From Octopus sinensis (Eukaryota), in assembly GCF_006345805.1 (NCBI RefSeq), contig NC_043003.1, forward strand, positions 25,420,001 to 25,484,000: 64,000 nucleotides of DNA. Reading direction: 5' to 3'. This document shows positions 36,785-46,423 of this stretch, piece by piece (position 1 is the first letter of the stretch; each line of letters starts with the position of its first letter). A program made the position numbers and the translations under genes. Under the pieces are notes generated by a model, which searched no databases, was not told the DNA's origin, and saw only the letters and a list, made by a program, of their open reading frames with translations.

Positions 36785-39770
36785 TTAAAAATAAATATTT
36801 TAAAATATTTGGAAACTTGTGAAACTTACCCCTGAGACATTAGTTTAAATCAAGTCATATCTGAACAAAATAACAAACACAAACAGCACTTTGATAATAT
36901 AAGTGCTGTAGTTAACCTATTGTAATAGGACTGTGTTAAAATCTGTTAACAGTGATTATAACCTGTAGGAAATAACAATACTGACTGCCGTACTAAATAA
37001 CCAGTAGTAATTACAGCAATTAACAATTTGTTTAGAATGTGATGACAACTCAAGTGGTAACTAAAGCTTAATCCATATAGAAAAATATAAAAAGAAAAAA
37101 AAAGAGAATCAATAGTTTCCTTAATACATATACACACAATTTGCTGCTTTAGTTAGTAGTGAAACTTCATTGAAATTGAATGAAAGTGTTATGGTAGACT
37201 TTAGTAATAACTGAAAAAATATAGGTATTCTTATTTTGGGCAAGTTTAAAACCTCCACCTGGTCTTTCAATGCCTCTCTTAGAGCTAAGTCTGTTGCAAG
37301 CATTCAGACTAGGTCTCCAACTTGAGGATGACTTCTTTCCTTCTTCCACTCATCTTGTAGGCTCTGAACAGAGTAGTAGGTACTGTCCTTCTGCCTATGA
37401 CTAAGTTATAAGACAAAAGTTACTTGGTAGTTTTTGTATTTGATTTGCAAAATTCTTTATGTGAATTCGTGTGTTGAAACAAAATTTATTGTGTCTAGGA
37501 AGAGTCATTATGCCAATGCTAATAACACATGCACTAGTTCAATTCCACTCCTTTATTTCTAACCAAAAATAAATAAAAAAACAAAAAAAAACAAAACAAA
37601 ACAAATGACTGACTGTTTAACCAAGTTAAACAAATGATTAATTAATTAGTTGGATAGATATTTAACCAATTGACAAATAATAAAGAAGCGAAATTGAACC
37701 AGCGTGTGTGTTATTAATAATGGTGTAATGATTCTCCCTAGTCACAACAAAAATTACTTACATATATCTTTCAAACTGTGAAATAACATTGATTTATGTC
37801 CCTATTTCTTCAGTGATCCTTCAAATATTTCTTTGAAATTCAGTAAATATTAAAACAGTTACCACTTAATAAGCATTTCTTTTGATTAGGTTTGAAGTGA
37901 ATTTTGTAGGGCAGAAAATATAGTTGACTGAGTTAATTTCTTTAAAGGGTGTCTCTCATCTATAGAAATGGAGAAACCTTCTCTTGCTAATGGCATTACC
38001 AATGTTTGTGAAAGAGGTCCCGATTTATGATCACATCCAGATTATGTATTTGGTCTGTCAAGAACTTGCCTATTAGGACAAACATCAAAACTGATCCCTT
38101 ATCAGATTTTACATAAAAACAATGGGATACAGTAGCAGGTAGAGTAATGTATCAAACCTCGCTTCCAGCAGTCTTTATCAAATCCTTCAACCTTGAAATG
38201 ATAATTTTAAAAAATACATAAAATGCAAACAAAATATATATATATATATATAATGTATACATACTTTTACATAAATAAAGTAATATATATATATATTTAC
38301 TTAAAAAAAAAATTAACAAAATGTACATTTAAACATTTTACAAGCAAAACTAAAGCAAAACACAGAAACCATTGATTTACAATAAATGAGGGAGCTTTAT
38401 AAATTAAGAGGAAGCGGATTAAGTCTGTAAGTGATAAACACTCAAAGGACCCTAAACCATTTTGGGCAAACAGATCTTCACATTAAACAGAGTTTTTTTC
38501 AGGTTTATGACAACCACCCTTATAATTAAATAGCTGGATACAATTATTATATTACTAGTACTTATATCAACCCCAGTTGATTTGAACCTCATAGCATTTG
38601 AGAATAGACCAGTACAATATGTAACTAAATGGGTTAAACCAAATTTATAGAGGAAAGGGAGTGATGTGTTGTAATATTTATCATTCCCAAAGACATTATG
38701 AGTTGCAACTGTGTATCAGAACCATTTCAGATTAATCAGGTAAGAATTTACATGTATACCCAAACTTATCTATACACACATTCATACAATTGGTTTTGCC
38801 TGTTTTTCCTGTATCTATACACACATTCATTCACATAATTGTTTTTTCCTGTTTTATATTTGTTTATCGAATTAGTTCATAGATACATATTCATACACAA
38901 ATACCTTTATAATTACATGTGTAACCTACACTAAGTCACTGACAACTCGGGTAAAAAAAAAAATCATGAAGTTTTGCATACTGATCAACATAAAGTTTTA
39001 GATCAGTAAGTATGTACACAAACTCCAACAAGAATGGCTTAAAATGGGTACAACCTATCACTGAGTCACAGGCCAAAAAAAACTGATAAAGTAAACTAAG
39101 GTTTAAAATCAAAAGCAAATATGATTCAGTCAAACGTTACATCCAGCATGAGACCAGCAAAAGAGATTTAATCACAAGAGAAGATGAACTCGACACCTCA
39201 TAACAAATCTCCTCAGGGGAAAAGAGGTCACTGAGCTTTGTTTTGAATCACTGACCTAAGCCTTTTATACCGACATGACATCGAGATATGTAAGTTTGAT
39301 CACAAAACAGAATGCAGCCAACTTTTCATAGCAAGCTTTCTGGTTTGTGTGGTCTGCCTTAAGTCACTGGATTTTAACTTCTGAACCAGTGACTTAAGGT
39401 CTAAAACCAAATAGGTCTCATGTATTGATGTAACTGAGACTGACAAAACAGGAGAAAGAATAGAATGAGATTGCTGATTTTTTTTTTTTTTAATGAAAGG
39501 AAAATCTCCGTCCAGTCAATGCTACCAACATCACTAACCTTGACCTTAAGTTTGACCACCATAAACCAATAGTAGAAAACTATTATACAAAGTGAAAAAA
39601 ATATATTAGGAAGAATTCTTCTGTATGCTGTATCTTGTTTCATTTTTTTTTATGTCCATTTTTCCATACCATTTATTATACAAGTATAATAATAATGAGG
39701 TATTGTTTTATAGCCTGATGCTCTTCCTGTCACTAACCCTTGTTTTTCAAAACGTATATTTTATTTTAAT

Positions 39771-41020
39771 TGCATGATATCAGGGATAAGCCAATGATTT
39801 CAACATGAAATCTTTGACTTTATAAAAGACTACCATTATTTAGCTTACTCTATATTTCTTTCATGGTTTACATAAACCATTTACAAGAAATCAAAAGTCA
39901 TCATCACTATCATAATCATCCACATTCTTATTAATATTAAGTTGGTGAAATGCTGATATGAAATGTTAGATCAATTGCCTTTCGGTATTTGGTTCTGTCC
40001 ATCTACATTATGAGTTCAAATCCTGCCGGGATCAACAAAAACAAATACCAATCATATGCTACAATGATTCAATCAATTATATCTCACTCTTAAAAATTTG
40101 TGACCTTATGACAGAGGGAGAAATCATCATTATCATTGTTGCCATCATCATCATCTTGTATTATATCTTATGTGCATGATATCAAGAACAAACCAATGAT
40201 TTCAACATGAAACCTTTGACTTTATAAAATCTAAAATGATATAATTCAGGAATAGAGAATGAAGTTGGAATAATTCTACTTTGTAAAATAGCTTTAAAAA
40301 ATGTTTTCTAACCACTGTCCCAAGATAATGCAGTAACTTCTGGAAAATATTTCCAGTAAACAATCTCAAATTACAAACCTAAAATCTTTTGACACCAATC
40401 CACCTGAGACCAACCCTACTTCTATGATACAAACTTATTGTTTTAAAGCGGCCTAAATTAAAATCTTCTATCAAATTTTCACAATCATTTAAGTTCTAAA
40501 TACCAGTTTAATAATGACAGAAATATAGTTACAAAGGTTAAACCATTTTACTCAATAATATTTAATATATTGGTATTCTAAATTGTTAACCATATTATCA
40601 TTTTCATTGCAGTTAATAGAGCAGAGAAAATGAAACATTATAGAGCTTTGCTTATTTTCTGTTCAGTCAACTGAAGAGAGACCACCATTATTTAGCTTAC
40701 TCTATATTTCTTTCTGTTTTACACAAACCATTTCTAACAAATCAAAAGTCATCATTGCTATTATAATCATCAACAATCTTATCATTATTAATATTAAAGT
40801 GGTGAAATGATGATATGAAATGTCAGATCAGTAGCCTTTCATATTTGGTTCTGTCCATCTATATTATGGGTTCAAATCCTGCTAGGGTTGACAAATAACA
40901 ACTACTAGCCATATGCTACAATGACTCAGTCAATTATATCTCTCTCTTAAAAATTTGTGACAGTGGGAGAAATCAACATCATTATCACCACCACCATTAT
41001 TATCATTATCATTATTATTA
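39771..41020 (+). repeat. Local segmental duplication downstream of THEM6
   Basis: 39832-40150 is repeated at 40684-41020, and 39771-39827 is repeated at 40173-40229. Confidence 0.8.
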
Positions 41021-41239
41021 TTATTTGCTTCAAAAAGCAAACCAAAAGATGATCTTTCCATAAGAAAAAATATATTTGATATGTTAATGTATGAGTTAAT
41101 AACATATGTTGGTCAACAACAACAACAGAAACATTAAACATTTAAAAAACAAAACCAAAAAAATAAATAGTAGAGAGGTGGTCAAAAGTTTCTAAGACCT
41201 CACTGGGAAACTTAATTGGTTAATTAATTAGGTAATTAA

Positions 41240-41473
41240 TTAATTAGTCTTCCGTAGCTTTTCACTTGACAGTTGGTTACTCTCAATCCATTTTTGTAGT
41301 TCTGGACTCACATTAGGAGGGTCAATATTTCTTCCTTCAATTTCATAAATAAGGTCTTGTGGCGTGACTCCCAACAAAGCCAGATTTATATAAACAACAG
41401 CACAGATGAACTTATCTTTTTGTCGTTCAAATACGTGTTGCAAATATATAGCTTTATTGTCCCAGCTGAGAAT
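41240..41473 (-). CDS. THEM6: THEM6-like thioesterase, coding exon 3 of 3
   Basis: TAG acceptor, ILSWDNKAIYLQHVF...DKFICAV...PPNVSPELQKWIESNQLSSEKLRKTN*. The spliced CDS is 190+200+234 = 624 nt, giving 207 aa. Confidence 0.92.
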   Translation of the reverse strand: MLSWDNKAIYLQHVFERQKDKFICAVVYINLALLGVTPQDLIYEIEGRNIDPPNVSPELQKWIESNQLSSEKLRKTN

Positions 41474-41562
41474 CTACAAGAAAAAGCAAAAGATATGAGA
41501 GAGAGAGACAGAAAGGGAGTATCTGTGTTTGTTCATCACTCACTACATACATCTGTGTGAAG

Positions 41563-41880
41563 GCACATGGCTTAGTGGTTATGATATTTGGGTTGCAATC
41601 GTTAGGTCATGAGTTCAATTGCTGGCAATGCACTGTGTCCTTGAGCAAGACATTTTATTTCACATTGCTCTAGTTCATTCAGCTGGCAAAAATGAGTAGT
41701 ATCTGTATTTCAAAGGGACAGCCTTGCCATATTCAGTGTCATGCTAAATCTCCCGGAGAACTACATTAAGGGCACACATGTCTGGAATGCTCATCCATTT
41801 GCACGTTAATTTCACATTAAGCAGGTTGTTCCATCGATCAGAGCAACTGGAACCCTTATTGTACCCAATGGAATGTCAGC
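41563..41880 (+). mobile_element. tRNA-headed CORE-like SINE (family 4)
   Basis: A and B boxes, then GTGTCCTTGAGCAAGACA..TTTATTTCACATTGCTC. A related head is on the minus strand at ~54780-55092 with a different 3' body. Confidence 0.7.
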
Positions 41881-42710
41881 TACATCCATCTCTAACCATC
41901 TACCATTCTCTGCTCACACTGTTATGATATTACCTACCTTTCTTTCCCCACAAATTCATTGCCTATATTCTCCCTTATAATTTACCTTCTTGTACCTTGA
42001 AAGTATGCTCTGGCACCCTGTCCCCATTAACTTTATCTTCCTTTCACATGGAGTAACCATATATCTCATCTGTAGCAAGACACCTGTGCTTGTTTCTTTA
42101 TCTTTCAATACCTCTTCCTCTCTCAAATATACTCCCACTCAATAAAGAGGGCTTTTTCTTCCTTTTCTTTGTCTTACAAGTAAGTTCATGACTTCACTAC
42201 TGCTGATGTTACGGAAAAAGCATCCTGTACACACTGTGTAGTGGTTGGCATTAGGAAGGGCATCCAACCATTGAAACCATGCCGAAGCCAACACTGGAGC
42301 CTGATGCAGCTCTGCAGTTTGTAAGATCCTGTCAAACCATCCAACCCATGTCAAGATAGAAAACAGATATTAAACGAAGAAGATAATGATGATCTTACAC
42401 ATATGCATAGACATTATTCTGTAATTGTAATGTGTTCAGGCAAGTGCCCTCTCCTGTAGCCCTGTACCAACCAAAGTCTTATGATTGGATTTGGTAGAGA
42501 GAGACTTAAAAAATCCTGCCATATATATAAATATATATATCACACACACATGACACACAATCACACACATATACATAGAATGCCTTTGACTATAGATTAA
42601 CTTATCCCTCTCCGAAATTTCAGGACTTGTGCCTCTATTAGTAGCAATTATTGGTCTGTTGGATCAAGGCTAACCAAGGGTTGAACAACAACAACAACAA
42701 CATATTTTAC

Positions 42711-42910
42711 CTTTGTCTTAATTGTGTAAATATCAAACAACTGGATGGAGCGCCTGTATCGGATGGTTGAAGCCTTCACTAACATTCGACCTCTTGTCTT
42801 CAAGCCACTGTTACGGATCCAGAATGAAAAGCGTGCCCAGTCACACTCACGGAGGTAACGTGCATTGTTCATATGCCATTGAAAATCCATGTCTGTAGTG
42901 AGGCAGATAG
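42711..42910 (-). CDS. THEM6: THEM6-like thioesterase, coding exon 2 of 3
   Basis: CAG acceptor, (A)ICLTTDMDFQWHMNNARYLRECDWAR...STIRYRRSIQLFDIYTIKTK, GTAAAA donor. The hot-dog-fold D-x-D-x3-HMNNARYLRE motif is present and the phases match exons 1 and 3. Confidence 0.93.
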
Positions 42911-44443
42911 CTGAGGGAAAGAAAACAAGAAGTCAAAGATGGTGACATAAAAGCTAGCAGTGGTAATGGTAACGGCAGTTATAGTAAATATCCATATAAC
43001 TACACATACATATACACAATCACACTAACGGGAAGACAAAAACTGTGCAAAAGCCCATCTGATAAACTGTACCTTTTCTTGAATGGTTTAAAACCAGCAC
43101 CTCACCTTTACAGAAGTGATACCCAACCTATTTTGCATTATGAATTAATTTCATGCAAGACAATTTTTCCACAGACCAGGGGATCACATGCATAACAAAA
43201 CACAATAAAGTGCATGATATATGATTTAATCATTACATATATTATACATATCTATTAGATCTAAAATACATATAAAATGCAAAAACACCTGGCAAACTGC
43301 AGTAGTCAATGAAATAGAAATAAAATTTTAAAATTCATTCTTTCTGTATAGCCCAGTAGCAAATGATCCATGGGCTGGTGGTTGAAGATCATTGCTTTAA
43401 TAGATAACCCATAGAATCTGCAAAATATTTTTTTTAAAACACTCAAGGGAAATAATCCATTTCATTGTTTATGTTGAATTACTTTGAATACAGATTTTTT
43501 GTGTGTCCAATTTCTAATTTTTGCAGATAATATCACTTTATTTGACATGTGAGTAGAACTCATGTATGGAAACCTCATGACACTTAGATTGTTGAAAAAA
43601 ATCGATAATAGGGCTCCTCCAATGGATCCTTCTATCTACTACATATCACTAATATTTTATTTAAACAACCCAAGGGAAATAACCCATACCACCTGCAGAT
43701 TTTAGCGAAGCGATCAATATTTGATTCTCATGAATGGCCAACCTAATTCTGCATTTCACTACTCACAGTTTTGAACTGCTAAACATTATTATTGCACTTC
43801 CTTAATTTGAATCTTAAATGTTAAAGACTTCATTCATACATTTCTATACATACATACTTATCTGAATGCCCATTACTCTGATAATTCTGCAGTTTTACAG
43901 TTACACTTTTACCATGACAGTAGATACATTTTTTAATCCCACAATGTATTTGTAGTGGCTTCATGCAGGCATAGCAAGGATTCGATCCTCAATTGCCAAA
44001 TTCCACTCAACACTTCAACAGCGCTTTTCTCACAGTAAAACAATAGTTTTTCTGTGAATGACAACAGTTATACATTTCCCAGCTGCCTTCACTAAGCAGA
44101 ATAATATCTTTGCTGCTTGACCCTTCTAACCTCTTCTAGGCCACCAATGGCTGGAATGAAGATAATAGACCTCCAACGAAATTATTTGTTCTCAACAATA
44201 TGTCTATTCTTCTGGCTGCTTTTTGATAGTTATAAAAACCAGAACTTCATAAGCTAAAGGCATACATATATATGTATGTGTATGTAATACAATTTTTCTG
44301 AATTTTCAGATTTTATATATACTAGGCTACTGGTTTTAATTTGATGTTAATTAAATTAATATTCAATTTATCACCCTCATTATGTATGTATGTATGTATA
44401 TATACATATATATATATGTTTGTGTGTGTGAATATGTGTGTGT

Positions 44444-44479
<36 letters not shown>

Positions 44480-44644
44480 TTACTTATATATAAAGTATAC
44501 TAGCCATCTCAATATGGCTAACCACTAGGGGTGGGTGTTACTGTAGCTTTTTAGCCCAGGAGATCATCGTCTCCAGCTGGCTTTAGACACAATTTCTGTG
44601 CCCTTATGATATTTGCAAAGGGAGGTCATCCCTCTTGTAAACCT

Positions 44645-44707
44645 AAGTGATACGCATGGACTGCAGTTTCGAGATTATTGTCTCTTGTCAACACACGATA
44701 ATCACCG
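44645..44707 (-). ncRNA. Type I hammerhead ribozyme, U3-A8 core variant (second copy)
   Basis: Reverse complement reads GGUGAU-uau-CGUGUG UUGACAA GAGA-caauaa-UCUC GAAA C-UGCA-G UC CAUGCG-u-AUCACU. Core identical to the plus-strand copy. Predicted cleavage between 44659 and 44658. Confidence 0.85.
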
Positions 44708-45034
44708 GTTTTCGATGAGGAGAGACCTGTTTGCGAATATCTATTTAATGTTTTTCCCAGTAACCACTGACACTGATTTCGAAAAACGGTCTGAAAGCAA
44801 TAATAAATCTCTGAATGAGATGTAAACAGTAAGCGCTTGACAACGTAAAGTATACTAGCCATCTCAATATGGCTAACCACTAGGGGTGGGTGTTACTGTA
44901 GCTTTTTAGCCCCAGGAGATCATCGTCTCCGAGATTTATTATTGCTTTCAGACCGTTTTTTGAAATCAGTGACAGTGGTTACTGGGAAAAACATTAAATA
45001 GATATTCGCAAACAGGTCTCTCCTCATCGAAAAC

Positions 45035-45097
45035 AGGTGATTACCGTGTGTTGACAAGAGACAATAATCTCGAAACTGCAGTCCATGCGTATCACTT
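45035..45097 (+). ncRNA. Type I hammerhead ribozyme, U3-A8 core variant
   Basis: AGGUGAU-uac-CGUGUG [stem I] UUGACAA [core, C3U/G8A] GAGA-caauaa-UCUC [stem II] GAAA C-UGCA-G [minimal stem III with palindromic loop] UC, cleavage after 45083, then CAUGCG-u-AUCACUU [stem I 3' strand]. Confidence 0.85.
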
Positions 45098-45372
45098 AGG
45101 TTTACGAGAGGGGATGACTGCCCTTTGCAAATATCATAAGGTCACAGAAATTGTGTCTAAAGCCAGCTGGAGACGATGATCTCCTGGGGCTAAAAAGCTA
45201 CAGTAACACCCACCCCTAGTGGTTAGCCATATTGAGATGGCTAGTATACTTTACGTTGTCGAGCGCTTACTGTTTACATCTCGTTCAGAGATTTATTATT
45301 GCTTACTTATATATATTTATCCACTAATGCAGTGTGAGCACTCATTCTCATTGATGAATATTAGCATTTATA

Positions 45373-46423
45373 TTGAGTCATCTCAAATAACGCGGGTTTT
45401 TCATTTGCATGAACTAACAGTCGGATGGGGACAGGATAAACTACCTGGACCAACTAGCTATAAAAGCAGGTAGTGACTTTACCTTGAACTTATTCTTAGT
45501 GCAAGTTTTGAAGAGTGCAGTTCAATTTTAAGTTATTTTTACAAAGCTATAATGGAAGTGACAAAGGAGCATATTCAGCATATTTTGCTTTATGAGTTCA
45601 ATAAAGGTAACTATGCAAATGAAAGTGAGACATCTGCATGCCATTGGAAAAGTCAGCAAATTGGGTCAATAGGTTCTTTACAAATTTTCTGAGTCTAACC
45701 ATATGCAGAGAGCAGATGTATGCTCTTCTTTGTTGTCACGTCTCACAAATGAACTTTTTTCAACCGAATAATGACTGGTGACGAGAAATGGGTTCTCTAT
45801 AAATATGTCAAGTGCTGAAGACAGTGGGTAGAGAAAGGAGAAATACCAGCACCCCCGGCTAAAGAAGGTTTTCACCCATGTAAGGTGTTGTTATCTATTT
45901 GGTGGGATATGAAAGGTTTAATCCACTTTGAGCTTTTAAGCCCAAACCAAATGATAACAAAAGGGATCTACTGCAAGCAGCTTGAGTGGCTTAAGTCAGT
46001 GCTAGAAGGAAAATGACCATCCTTGGTTTCAAGATAAAAGGTGTTCTTCCATCAAGATAATGCTCAGCCACATGCAGTGAGAATGACATTACAAAGGTTG
46101 GAGCAGTTTGAATGGGAAACGATGCCCCACCTGCTACATTTACTGGACATTGCCCCATCTGATTATTGTTTATTCCGTAGTCTTCAAAATCATTTGGATG
46201 GAAAAAAATATGATTTCTGTAGACGATGTCAGAACAGTACTGGAGGAATATTTTTCGTCATGGACAAGTGAAATTTGGAAGAGGGGCTTTGCAAGTCTAC
46301 CAGAGAGATGGAAGAGCATTGTAGAAAATGAAGGAGAGCATATTTTGGACTAAAAAAGAACTTTGTTTATCTTAATTTTGAAAAATAAAAGCATAAAAAA
46401 CACATTATTTATGGGATGATCCA
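45373..46423 (+). mobile_element. Decayed, internally deleted mariner transposon (second family)
   Basis: Degenerate TIRs TTGAGTCATCTCAAATAACGCG / CACATTATTTATGGGATGATCCA. Transposase remnants from 45552 (MEVTKEHIQHILLYEF), MTGDEKWV, FHQDNAQPH, DIAPSDY.LFRSLQNHL and LPERWKSIVENEGEHI, ending at 46353. Confidence 0.88.

Larger units (their letters stand above)
44491..45304. mobile_element. Non-coding retrozyme/Penelope-associated element: ~355-357-nt monomer in tandem and inverted arrangement
   Basis: Left arm 44491-44930 is 1.24 monomers (TAAAGTATACTAGCC recurs at 44491 and 44846). Right arm 44931-45304 is an inverted 1.05 monomers (GAGATTTATTATTGCT at 44931 and 45288). Flanked by the direct repeat TTACTTATATATA (44480-44492; 45303-45315). 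Each arm holds a hammerhead ribozyme. Confidence 0.82.

Noticed and set aside
44613-45473. Duplicated 70-84 aa ORFs (MVSHIEMAS...)
   Set aside because: No ATG-initiated conserved frame, and the copies differ by indels. The repeat is better explained as structured non-coding RNA.
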